Virus record (IMG/VR): IMGVR_UViG_3300010882_000011
Location: 1 to 64,000 of that record
Reading direction: 5' to 3' (one strand)
DNA from: a virus
Lineage: Duplodnaviria > Heunggongvirae > Uroviricota > Caudoviricetes
Length of the DNA stretch: 64,000 nucleotides
The notes beneath the pieces were generated by a model. It ran no database searches. It saw only the letters and a program-made list of their open reading frames with translations, and was not told the origin of the DNA. The first letter of the stretch is position 1, and the number at the start of each line of letters is the position of its first letter. Shown here piece after piece: positions 27,805 to 38,437 of this stretch. The translations under genes and the position numbers were made by a program.

Positions 27805-28083
27805 TCAGTTTACATTTCTATTGGTAAGATAACAATCAGTTCTGAAATCGAACTTGAAAGTTTCGAGAGCCCAATGAAAGTTTTCAGAAGTATTAATCTT
27901 GCGAATGCCTTTATGGCCTTTGATACTCGCGTAAAACTTCTGGTAACCCGAAGCAGGTTCATCAACAAACACATGGATTTTGGTGTTCGATGGTTTCGGG
28001 TTCTTCGCTTTAGAATGAGCGATTAATACTCTACCAGTTGGTAGGTTGTGATGGATGATAGTTTCCATAACAATTTCCGTCAT
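27805..28083 (-). CDS. hypothetical protein
   Basis: Track ORF of 92 aa; ends in TGA followed two codons later by TAA. Confidence 0.45.
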   Translation of the reverse strand: MTEIVMETIIHHNLPTGRVLIAHSKAKNPKPSNTKIHVFVDEPASGYQKFYASIKGHKGIRKINTSENFHWALETFKFDFRTDCYLTNRNVN

Positions 28084-28142
28084 TTGTTGTCATTTGACAG
28101 GCAGTCACGTTTCTGCCGTTAGGTTATGCGCAAATTGATAAA

Positions 28143-28176
28143 ACTAAGACTGCGCTTGCGCATTTGACGCAGTCTT
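28143..28176. promoter_or_regulatory. perfect 11-bp inverted repeat (CTAAGACTGCG-N12-CGCAGTCTTAG) in divergent intergenic region
   Basis: Sits in a locally GC-richer non-coding region between divergently transcribed blocks; operator- or hairpin-like. Confidence 0.4.
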
Positions 28177-28404
28177 AGCATAAAGATGAGCCGAGAAGAT
28201 CGAGCAGAGATCGGCATAGGGATCTGCAAGGTGGATTACGCGTCAGCCCGCGAATGGATTGTTTTGAATTTTTCCATCGAAAATATGACGATTTGTCTTA
28301 GTTTTCCAAGCGATTTTCCAAACGCACCCACCAGGGGGCGTTTTCTATAGTGTACCCTCCTCCTCTCATAATATTCTCAAAATTTTGTTTTCCCCGAAAT
28401 TTTC

Positions 28405-28449
28405 ATTATTTTTGCAAATCCTAGTATAAATAAAATTAAACACATATAA
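28405..28449 (+). promoter_or_regulatory. putative Bacteroidetes-type promoter (TAnnTTTG -7-like motif TATTTTTG)
   Basis: tcattaTTTTTGcaaatcctagtataaataaa immediately upstream of the first recoded plus-strand gene; no Shine-Dalgarno. Confidence 0.35.
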
Positions 28450-29364
28450 ATGAAACTAATCTACTTCATCCGCCATTTTCGTAGTTTCCTTAAAACCAAC
28501 TACAGCGGAAAAGAATTTAAAACCTTACGTTCCAACATATGATCAACATTTTGGAAACTAATGCTACATGGCCCAGCTGCGTGAATACAAGGCATATTCT
28601 GCTGGCCTATAGCTATGCTATTTAGAAAGAGAATAGAGAAAAAAGCTATTAATAGCCTCATCAATAATTCAGGACTGTTATCAGCTCCTAAACAAATAGT
28701 AAATGCAGCCTTTGAATTACGTACATTTTACGCAGAATTATTAAGAGAAAGACAAGATTGTTACTGATACATAGAATGGAAGTTTCCGAATAAATTTTCT
28801 CCGCAAGAAAAAGAAGTTATTATAGATTATATAATGGCTTATGATTTCGATAGAATGATGTCAGTTATTAAAACTGGATTGGGAAGATTTTATTACTATT
28901 TGTTTTTTCATTTAGATAAGGAATGTTTTGGTGAACCAATTGTACCTAAATGATTCAAACCTCATCTTGAGAAATGGTATTGGCTTAGAATATGGTTATT
29001 CTTTCCTATACGTAATCCTTTAGATATGAAATTCTATATAGATACTAAATTTCTCAGAACAACTAACCTCTTTGAAAAAGAAATAATTGTAGGAACATAC
29101 AATACAACAGGTAGAGTTGAAATTGATGGAATAGGAATACAAGAATTAGGAGAACAATTTTATTATACCTCTGATTTTAAATATTTTACTTATAGATATA
29201 CTACTCCTCATGATAAAGTAAAAAAGGATGGCCAATGAGGAAGAATGTTTGGCTTTGGACATGGAGTACAACCAGACTTGTATCAAAGTAGAGGAGCATT
29301 AGGAATAGCTTCCAGAGGAATTTATCACGAACCAATGTATTATGACAGGACAAGCAATATATAA
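28450..29364 (+). CDS. Trp-rich hypothetical protein (304 aa) with 6 in-frame TGA read as Trp
   Basis: Single frame open from ATG 28450 to TAA ~29362 if TGA is sense. The TGA codons give ...SNIWSTFWKLM..., CYWYIEWKF, VPKWFKPHLEKWYWLRIW. Track ORF 29026..29238 is a fragment of this gene. Confidence 0.5.
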
Positions 29365-32300
29365 ACCATTTTTTTATCAAGGGGCTGAAGAGGAAGAACC
29401 AGTTAATCTGTTTCCAGAACAAGCGATACAATTAAGACAACAGACTGCACCAATAGTAGCAGGCTATCAACCTTCATTTAATTGAGGAGAAGATGTAGAT
29501 GAACCTACTAAACCAGGAATTGTTCAACACAAAGGAAACCTAAATCTTGGTAATTTAGAAGGCTTTGTACAAGAATTACAACAAGCTGGATTAAGTTTTA
29601 GAATAACCTCAGCAACAAGGGAGGGGACTAAAACTAAACAAGGTCGTACTTCCCATCATGCAGGCGGTAATGCTATAGATATTACTCCTATTCAAGGTTC
29701 TTCATACGAGGAGTTGCAATCACAAATTGCTTCCTCTCCTAAAATTCAGGGTATTTTTAGAAAATATGGAATGGGAATTTTAGATGAAACCAGTAAAGAA
29801 ATGTTAGAGAGGACTGGAGGAACTGCACCACATTGACATGTAGGACCAGATAGTAGTGCAACAGCTAATTTTAAGAAATGATTTGGTAGAGAAGGAGGAA
29901 AGATTCCTATGTATCAGGATGGTGGAGGTTACATATGAAACTCTGGTACTTCAGTTGTTCCCAAGATTACATCCGATTATACTTATAGAACAACTGCTCC
30001 TGTTCAACATAAAAGAGTAATTGTGCCAATTCAGGAAGAAACCTTAGTTACTGAGGAACCATATCAACATGCAGAAATACGTGCTGCTGATCCAAACAGG
30101 CCAATACGTCCAAATGTACCACAAAGCAAATTTAGAGAGTGAGCTGCAGATACATCCAGAGGATTACAATCTTATGTATCCTCTCTTGGGGCAACTTTTG
30201 TTGGAGATGTAATTAATACCCTACCTCTCGCAAAAGATGCTGCCGAATTATGAAGGAATACAACAGGTATTACCATATTCCCGCAAAGTAAACATGATGT
30301 ACAACGATGAAAAGAAGCAGACAGACGAAATCCAGGTAGTGGAAACTTTTCTGCTTTAAAGGAAGGAGTAGAAAATAATATAGTCGGTGCAGCTGCTGGT
30401 TATGGATTATCTAAAGCAATTCCTTGAATTGCCCAGTTACCAAAAGCATTGACTAATATAAAGGTGGGAAATTATACTATATTTCCAAAAGCAAATCCAA
30501 AAGCACATTATAGAAATATTGGTAATACTTCACAAGGATATAACAATGCACTTAAGTTAGAAGAAATTATACCTCCTATTATTGACAAAGAAGCTTATCT
30601 TTTATCTAAAGGAGCTATTCGTGATGAAGCAGGAAAGATAGTAGCTAGAGATGCTAATGGAAACTTTATTTTGACACCAAAACAATTTAACAAGGCATAC
30701 TATGAACGACAAGGTAAATTTGTGGACCCTAGACGATATAAAGGTAAATATTTTGTTGAAGTTGAAGGAGTTCCGATGGAATCTGGGTATGGCGGTAATT
30801 ACGGATATCTTCCAACTAGAGAAGGCCAATTTGCGGGGAATGTAAGTACCAGAAATCCTGGCGTAAGCTTTCATAAGCGTATTTTAAATTTTGGAAACAC
30901 GGAATTAATTCACAAATCTTTACCAAAACCTAAATATAAAATTATAGAAACAGAGCCTGGAGTGTTCTCGATGTCAAATAAGAATCTCAACAATTATGCT
31001 AATAAAATGAAAGCAAAATTAGAAGGAATGACATCAGATCAAAAATTTGCTGCAGCATTTACAGGATTAAAAGGTTCCAATAGATTAGTTAGTAATTCTT
31101 TTATTGATAACCTCAATCAATTTAACGGTGGAGGGTTTCGTTACATATATAACCTTGATAAAAACTGAGTATTAAAAGATCCTCATAGAACTCCAATACT
31201 TGGAAGTGAGAAAGCTTTGTTTTCCCAAGAACACAAACGCTCATTTTTGCCTGAATACCAAATTGGGGTAAATTCCAAAAGGCGTCCAGTTACCATACAA
31301 AGGAAACTAGATAATCAGCCTTATGTTGATAAAGATGGGATGCGAGTTATACATAATAACTTAAAGCGAGATGGGCTTCAAGTATATAGTGGTGGAGAAG
31401 AAGCGGTAGAAAACCTTATTAACAATAGCCACAGATTGCCAGACTATATAAAAGGAAAATATGATTTTGGTGATTTACGTAGTGTAAATCTTGGCATGTA
31501 TAAAAAGAAACCTTATATTATAGATTTCGAAATGACTAATCCTAAAAAACCTGTATTTTGATCCTTTCAAAAAGGTGGCAAACTCCGCAATCCCAATAAA
31601 GACTCCCTAATCAATCCAGAAATCAAACCCAACTTTGTTACTCGTCTTGAAGATCCTAATAGACAATTCCTAACAGGAACGGACAAAAAAGGAAGACCTA
31701 CTAAAATGACTCATCTAATGAGCTGAGGAGAGAACAATGGGCAAACTATTATCTATCCTGAAATACAGGAGATTAATGGTCAACTTCAACAGTTGGAAGG
31801 AATGGAAGCCTTTGATTCTGCTCTTCATAATAATGATTTTCTAGTTGCAAAGTCTCCAAGATATGCCAAATGATATAGTAGAAAGTATAAGAACTTTTAT
31901 CCTAAGTTTGCAGTTGGAGGAGCTATCTATACTACACCAACTAGTCCTAGTCAAGAGGAACAATTACCTGTTGTACAAGGAAAACCAATAGGATATCAAC
32001 CACAATATTTTAATACAACTCAAGAAGAGGAAACACCTCAAGTAACAGAAAATATAGAAGAAATGGAAAATAAAGAATCTCCGCTTTATAAACATAAGTT
32101 TGGAGAAACAAAAAATAAAGTAAAGGAATTTGCTGACGTAATGTACCCAATATTTAGTGAAGTATTAGGTGAGATGGGATTACCACAGGAACTTGCTAAG
32201 AATTTAACTAAGCAAGCTGCTCTTGAATCTGGATATGGGTTATCTCCAAGAGGAGCACAGGGATTCAATTTAGGTGGCATTAAATATTTTGGTGATAAAG

Positions 32301-32578
32301 ATTATCAGGGAACAAAACATAGCGATGGAAATGAATATACCGACTTTAATAATCTTCGAGATTATGCACAGTATGTAGTAAAACTATTAGCAAATAAATA
32401 TGGTATTACAGAATCTATGTCTGATAAGGAATTTGTAGATAGATTACATGGTAAAAATCCAAGTGGTGCAAACTATAGTGCAAGTTATGGAAAGTATCAA
32501 CAAACATTTGGTAATATGAAATCATTAGATAGATCAATTAATGAAATAATTAATAGCCAATTATTGGCACAAAGTTAA
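29342..32578 (+). CDS. giant peptidoglycan hydrolase (1078 aa): N-terminal M15 D,D/L,D-peptidase domain + C-terminal glucosaminidase domain; ~12 in-frame TGA read as Trp
   Basis: Track ORFs 30449..31168, 31217..31561 and 32063..32578 are all in frame 2, separated by TGA. The N-terminus has TSHHAGGNAIDI and APH(W)HVGPD, where a TGA falls on the conserved Trp of the VanY/M15 EPWH motif. The C-terminus has AQAALESGYG...FNLGGIKY, the glucosaminidase signature; TAA stop. Confidence 0.6.
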
Positions 32579-32579
32579 C

Positions 32580-32759
32580 ATGACTAACAAACAAAAATGA
32601 ATTGCAACAGCAATTATTATTCTCGCAATAATCGGAGTAATATGCGCTATAAAATTCCTTCCAGTATGAGCCGTAATAATGGCTATATGTACAACACTCT
32701 TCGGAGGTTTCTGTGGGTGGAATTTAAAGGGAAAAAGATTATCAAGTTTATTGGAATAA
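32580..32759 (+). CDS. small two-TM membrane protein (holin-like), 2 in-frame TGA
   Basis: MTNKQKWIATAIIILAIIGVICAIKFLPVWAVIMAICTTLFGGFCGWNLKGKRLSSLLE; immediately downstream of the hydrolase gene. Confidence 0.4.
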
Positions 32760-32764
32760 AACAA

Positions 32765-32800
32765 AAAAGGCGAGCCGTAATTGACTCGCCTTTTTCTTTT
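32765..32800 (+). terminator. rho-independent terminator (possibly bidirectional)
   Basis: ggcgag-N10-ctcgcc hairpin followed by TTTTTCTTTT, between convergent gene blocks. Confidence 0.5.
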
Positions 32801-32801
32801 G

Positions 32802-33524
32802 CTATCTTTCTTTTCAGATAGCGTATAATGTAAGATTATTATTAATATTGATTACATCTCCTGGAGCATATGTGGCCCCTAATCCATCAGGCTCAGTGTT
32901 TCAGCTAACTAGCTTTCACCAACCACGAATAATTGAGATATCATATCTTATTTTATATGTACTTCCTTTCATTGCTTGTTCTACTAATGAACCTCGGCCT
33001 CCATTGGCATCATAAGTTATAGTAGCAAGATTATTTTTATCCCCGACATTTACTCCCACCCAATAAGCATGTGAAAATGGCTTATGAATTGTGAAATTGA
33101 ATTCCAATTCTTCATCCCCAGTGAAATAGTTAGCCAAGTTCTGAACAGTTGAAAGATCTTGCCAATTCTCGGCAGTATCTAACTTGAATATATCATACTG
33201 GAATGCTCTAGTCCCATTTGTATGAACACTGAAACTTCAATCCCTTGTAGTTTTAAAGTTAACTGTTACTGTTTTCCCAATACCTAATTTATGAAGATTC
33301 AACAAAAAGAAATTAGTTCAAAGCTTAATATCATTTCATTGATACTTTTCATTGAAAATTGAAATTGTTTGTCTATCTCCAATCGGAACTTTTAAAACTT
33401 TTTCCGCATCAAGTGGTAGAGGGGCTGTATTTTCTGAGGCCTGAGTACTCATGTGGTTGTCAATTGCACCAGAGGATAATTCTGTAAATAATGAAGTATT
33501 TAAAACTGTTTGATTGTTTATCAT
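32802..33524 (-). CDS. hypothetical Trp-rich protein (~240 aa), ~6 in-frame TGA
   Basis: Track ORFs 33336..33524 and 32916..33137 join in one minus-strand frame via TGA, giving ...EKYQWNDIKLWTNFF...IIRGWWKLVSW...; TAG stop. Confidence 0.45.
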
Positions 33525-33919
33525 TATTTTAGTTCAATGTGCGGGTTATCTTTAAAATTCTTTCAATACATGCCAGCATCTATAGGAATTCCAATTTCTT
33601 GTGATGTTTTCAATATTCAGTCTATACACTCTTTCAATTGTTTAACATCGAAGTTCACCTTACCACCAGGACTGGCGTATAAGTCAACAGCTAATCCATC
33701 TTGATGTTTACTACGTTTTGTAACTCCATCCATTTGACTAACAATGGCCCCAGGAGCGGTACGTCCTTTAGCATATATTGCTTTCTGTTGTTCAAGTGTA
33801 CGGAATCCATCAGTAACTGTGAATTCTACTGGGCATTCTTTTATTGCTTCCTCAAGCAGTTGGATCATTTTTTCATTTACTCCAACTAAATTTTTACGGG
33901 TTCTTTGATTTAATTCCAT
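33524..33919 (-). CDS. endolysin, peptidase M15 (T5 Lys-like L-alanyl-D-glutamate peptidase), 2 in-frame TGA
   Basis: DGFRTLEQQ...SKHQDGLAVDLYA plus a TGA-read-through C-terminus ...IDWILKTSQEIGIPIDAGMYWKNFKDNPHIELK. This matches T5 Lys ...GADWN...DGGHVEL, and a TGA sits at the conserved Trp; TAA stop. Confidence 0.7.
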
Positions 33920-34710
33920 TACAGTATTTTTTTAGCATTATATAAAGTTCTAATCTGGGTCTCAGTCAATTCTACATTGTATAACGCAAACTCAGTAATT
34001 ATACTTCCATCTCCAAACGAGCCTCCTCTTTCTCCAAATCTTCAATCACCATTAGCTAGTTCTTGATCGGCAGGATAATCAGGTGGATATGGGGAAGTAT
34101 AAGTAAACCAATTTCCTTGATGAGAAATATAACTTACTCTATCATTAGCCATACTTGTCGAACACGCAATGAATTTCATATTAGAAGTGTTTGATTCATA
34201 TGTTCACGCCGATGGTCTTGTTGTTCCTGTACCACCAGTAGTCGTAAACGAGAGTGAGCTGGGATAACTGAACGGTCCTACATTAACACTGAATCCAGTA
34301 GCTGATGTACCACTCTTATTACCAGCTGATGTAAAAGTACCACCATCAGAAGGTCCAGCCTGGTTTGTAAAAACTACAAAAGTATAATCTCCAGTCATGA
34401 AATTAGGTGGAGTACCAAATGGATTATTTAGTGAAGCTAAGGGAGCAGTCATACTATTACCATTACGATTAGTTCCATCACCTCAATTACCAATCATTCT
34501 CCATCCCTTTCCGAATCCTTCTCCTACTTCAACAATATCAGAAACCATTGGTAAATCATATGAGTCAAATTCTCCCATAAACATAGCACCAGTAATTCTA
34601 TCTTGAATTCGTAGTTTATAGCCTTCGCTAACAGGAACCAGAATTGCATCTGCAAAATTTACATGAACAACTGGTCTTGGCAAGGTCAAATTATTAAATC
34701 TTGCTCTCAT
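33919..34710 (-). CDS. LamG-like (concanavalin A-like lectin/glucanase) domain protein, 3 in-frame TGA
   Basis: Track ORFs 34483..34710 and 34204..34452 join via TGA. The C-terminus GDWRFGERGGSFGDGSIITEFALYNVELTETQIRTLY resembles the LamG_3 motif (F.G.IDEVRIYNRALS..EI). Confidence 0.45.
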
Positions 34711-35009
34711 TATTTTTTCCTTTCTTCTTTTGTGTCAGAAACCTCTGACGGTTTTTCATATTCTCTATGTTTCCAAATACTTGTGATTGTATCCAGCCCA
34801 AGTAATGCAGCGGTACAATAGAATAAAGTTTCAATTATTACGGGAGCTGCAAATCCCAGAACTGTACAATAAATACATATAAAGATACACACAAGCCATC
34901 CTAAGATTCCTGCCACACGTTTACTACTAACACCTGTATCGTTCATAAATATATGAACAATAAATTGTTTAAACGATATATCTTTATATCTATCCATTAG
35001 TGTTTTCAT
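34710..35009 (-). CDS. two-TM membrane protein (holin candidate)
   Basis: VAGILGWLVCIFICIYCTVLGF and APVIIETLFYCTAALLGL helices; in a cluster with the M15 endolysin. Confidence 0.45.
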   Translation of the reverse strand: MKTLMDRYKDISFKQFIVHIFMNDTGVSSKRVAGILGWLVCIFICIYCTVLGFAAPVIIETLFYCTAALLGLDTITSIWKHREYEKPSEVSDTKEERKK

Positions 35010-35290
35010 TTGCTGGCATTGCGGGCAAAATTGGCCTGCTTCACAGTACTGGATGGAAAATCTTCTTTATTAGCCAAGACGTGTCTTGCATATTCTTGTA
35101 CACCTTTGCCAGCTCTATTTGCTTTGGCAGTGAACTTACCTTTATTCTCTGGTTTAATGTGAATTCCACTTTCGCCTTTCTTAATTTGACCACCTTTACG
35201 GTACAACCAAATATTTGGAAGATTTATCGTATTTTGGTCAGAATTTCCAGAAAGTTGTCGAATGGAATTTAATAGATCAACATAGTTCAT
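34997..35290 (-). CDS. hypothetical basic protein (~97 aa)
   Basis: Likely starts at the MNYVDLL Met inside track ORF 35006..35452; a TGA near the end reads through to TAA three codons later (...NASKWKH*). Confidence 0.4.
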
Positions 35291-35299
35291 ATTTTTAAA

Positions 35300-35465
35300 A
35301 TATTTATTATAGTTAGTGATAAATTTTTTCGCTTGTTTTGTTTTCTGCAAAAATATAACTAATTTTGCAAGATACAAAATATGAACTGTAAAAACACTTA
35401 ATAATATATTAGAAATGGATAAAATAGAAAACGCTAACAGATTACTGGACACCTTGACTAAGTGA
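35300..35465. promoter_or_regulatory. divergent promoter region with TAnnTTTG-like motifs
   Basis: AT-rich strand-switch region containing ...taattttgcaagatac... and tgcaaaaatataac. Confidence 0.35.
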
Positions 35466-36143
35466 GTGGACTTTGTGAATGCACAAGGAATCTGGAAAAT
35501 CCTAAAAGGGTTCTTTGTTATGATTTTACTTGTCGGGGTGGCTTATTATCTTTCTAATCCGACTAAAATCTTCGAAGTTTACGACAAATTTGAAACTGAC
35601 CAACATAATGCAGTTATTAAACAGAGATTTGAATTAACTAAGAATGTTAATGCTGAGCTTTTGAAGATGAGAGAGGATATGAAGGCCAGTAGGATATTCA
35701 TACAAGAATTCCATAATGGAAAAGAGAACTTAAGTTCAATGCCTTTCTTATATTACTCAATGAAGTTTGAAGTTTTAGATGATAAAACAGAATCAGTTTA
35801 TACTGATTTTCAAGGATTATCTACTAATAGATATAAGTTTATGTCATATCTCTATGAAAACCAATCTTTCGCAGTAGATACAAAAGCCTTTAAAATCATT
35901 GATTCAGAATTATATAATATACTATCTGCACAAGATATACACTATTCTATGTATTCAATGATATATGACCTTAACGGAATTCCGATTGCTTTCATCGGAG
36001 TTCATTGAAATAATGATAACTATAAAGTATTTAGCGAAGGAACATTGAAAAATATATTCAATCGTTATGTACAAAAAATAGTTGGAATGTATAATGTAAC
36101 TAAGTATAAAACATCTAAAAGTAAATCTAGAAAGGACGAATAA
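35466..36143 (+). CDS. membrane-anchored hypothetical protein (225 aa), 1 in-frame TGA
   Basis: Track ORF 35466..36008 extended through TGA to TAA at 36141; N-terminal TM. Confidence 0.45.
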
Positions 36144-37045
36144 TGAAACCTGATAAGGTTAATGGAAATGTAATGTATTATGATGATGAACATGTTTATG
36201 TAGATGCTAAGGATAATTCCAAGTACATATCGGTTACTACATTAATTCATCGCTATACGCACGAGTTTGACTCTGAATTCTGGTCATCCTATAAGGCTTT
36301 AGAGGCCTTAATGTGCGAAGAAGAATTTCAAATTATAAAAAAGACACTGTTGTCCACGAAAAAATTCAATCCAGTTATATTAAATAAGTTGGGAATTGAC
36401 AAAGAAGTCTTTAATGATAAAAAAGAAGAAATCCTTGTATCTTACGAGGAAGAAAAAGTAAAATCCTGTGCTCGCGGAACAGCTATTCACAAAGAATTTG
36501 AGGATAAGTATTACGAGTGTAATGAGCACGATTTCGGGAATTATGGTTTAAGTGGGAATTTCACATGTAAAAGAGATTACTATGAACTAGATTTAGATAA
36601 GGGGGTTTACCCAGAGTATTTGATTTCAAAATCATCAGAAGATAATATTTTAAAGGTCGCAGGACAGATAGATTTATTAATTAAGGATGGTAAAGATTTA
36701 TATATATGAGATTATAAATCCAATAAAGAAATAAAACAGAAGTCATACTACAATAGAAATAAAAGGTCATATGAGTGTATGAAATTCCCACTCAACCATA
36801 TAATGGATTGTAACTATATGCACTATGCACTGCAGTTGTCTCTGTATGCATACTTACTACAACAAATCAATCCAGAATTTGAAATAAAACAATTAAAATT
36901 AATCCATATAGATCACAGTAACAAAAGAACTGATTACGAATTAGAGTATCTGAAAGCTGATGTGCAGAAAATGTTGCAGCACTATAAGAAGCAGCTTAAG
37001 ATAGAAATTGAGCTTAATAAGGATAAACATGTCGTGCATATCTAG
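36143..37045 (+). CDS. PD-(D/E)XK nuclease (lambda Exo/YqaJ-type recombination exonuclease), 1 in-frame TGA
   Basis: Track ORFs 36143..36709 and 36779..37045 share a frame. The motif ...GQIDLLIKDGKDLYI(W)DYKSNK has D...(D/E)xK spacing; TAG stop. Confidence 0.5.
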
Positions 37046-37292
37046 TACTTTAAAATCATGGCAAGAAAATCAGGACAATGATTTAGCCGAAATAAGATTA
37101 CAAATTTGTAATGATTGTCCACTATGTGTTCAGAAAGACGAAAATGGGCCATATTGTGATTCTAGAAGATTTATAAATCATAAAAATGAGGTAGCCACAA
37201 GATGACTACCAGGATTCAAAAGAGGATGTGGATGTTACTTAAAATATAAAGTTCCACATCAACATAATAAGTGTGTGATAGGAAAGTGATAA
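37029..37292 (+). CDS. Cys-rich zinc-ribbon protein, 2 TGA
   Basis: ...ICNDCPLCVQKDENGPYC...RWLPGFKRGCGCYLKYK...; a TGA immediately precedes the TAA stop. Confidence 0.4.
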
Positions 37293-37293
37293 T

Positions 37294-37515
37294 ATGTTAT
37301 GGCTGATTAAGAAAATAAGAAATATAATCATTGGCACCTGGTACAATGTATTCAGGATGAATAACGAAATAGCAATGAAAAGATTAGTAACATGCTATGG
37401 TTGTGAGTATTGTGTGAGACTTACAAATGGCATAAATATATGTAAACAATGTGGTTGCGTTCTTGAATCAAAAGCAAGAGTGAACAGTGAAAAATGTAAA
37501 ATGAAATTATGATAA
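37294..37515 (+). CDS. Cys-rich zinc-ribbon protein (paralog of preceding)
   Basis: TCYGCEYCVRL...CKQCGCVLESKARV; a TGA directly precedes the TAA stop. Confidence 0.4.
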
Positions 37516-37835
37516 TGAACGAATTAATACCCTGTAATACTGGGGTAATCTTAAAATTTTACGAAGAAAATCCGTACGCTAGAGTTCAAACTTCTGGCGG
37601 AATACTAATAGGAGATGAAGGAAACAGAAGACAATTAAGCAATTCAACAGGTGAAATGGAAGAAGATATACAGATGGTAGCTTGCGCTAAAGTAATTGCT
37701 GTAGGACCAAAGTGTGAAAATGTAAAAGTTGGGGAGGATGTATTTTGTTATAAAGGTATAGCTCAACCAATCCCATTTTTCAAGCAAGGGTACTACAACA
37801 TAAGTGAGCAAAACATTATGTGTAGAGTAATTTAA
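37509..37835 (+). CDS. GroES/gp31-like co-chaperonin
   Basis: ...GGILIGDEG...AKVIAVGPKCENVKVGEDVFCYKG...IMCRVI follows the GroES pattern (GGIVL...KVLAVGPG...VKVGDKV...ILAIVE). Confidence 0.5.
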   Translation: MIMNELIPCNTGVILKFYEENPYARVQTSGGILIGDEGNRRQLSNSTGEMEEDIQMVACAKVIAVGPKCENVKVGEDVFCYKGIAQPIPFFKQGYYNISEQNIMCRVI

Positions 37836-37910
37836 ATTTAATTTATGGTCAGTACTGAATGATACACTTCATTTAGAAGTGAATTCAATAAGGGAAGAAA
37901 ACGATTAAAA

Positions 37911-38144
37911 ATGATGATAAATAATGATAAAATATTCTTTAACCCTGGAGATAAGGTTAAAGTAAAACACGAACTGGATTTTTGTCCAGTTATGTATGTA
38001 GTAGAAAAGGTAACGCGTTCTTATGTTAATAAAGACACGAACTCAAAAGAAAATACGTTTATAGGAATTAAATGCAGGTGGTATGATTCCAATTTTGCAT
38101 TACAGGAAGCTATTTTTTCAACTAAGGATTTAACACAAGCATAA
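37911..38144 (+). CDS. hypothetical protein
   Basis: Track ORF of 77 aa; TAA stop. Confidence 0.4.
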   Translation: MMINNDKIFFNPGDKVKVKHELDFCPVMYVVEKVTRSYVNKDTNSKENTFIGIKCRWYDSNFALQEAIFSTKDLTQA

Positions 38145-38431
38145 TGAGACTATATTTAAACACTCCGAAAATCCATTGCATAGAAGTAAATAATGTAGAT
38201 GAAATGGTAGAATTGGTTAAGAAGTTAAGAGGAGAACAAGAGGAGTTTAAAACAAATCTTCCTATTAATATACCCGCTTACCCTATAGGATATCCAAATT
38301 ATCCTTATAAAGCAATATGGCAGGTCATACCAGAAATGTTGCCAACTTATACGACATGTTCTACTGGAACTACAAATGTAGGTAAAAGTAACTGTTGTTG
38401 CACAAAAGACGAATTTAATACAAATATATAA
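38144..38431 (+). CDS. hypothetical protein
   Basis: Track ORF of 95 aa; TAA stop. Confidence 0.4.
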   Translation: MRLYLNTPKIHCIEVNNVDEMVELVKKLRGEQEEFKTNLPINIPAYPIGYPNYPYKAIWQVIPEMLPTYTTCSTGTTNVGKSNCCCTKDEFNTNI

Positions 38432-38437
38432 TAAATC

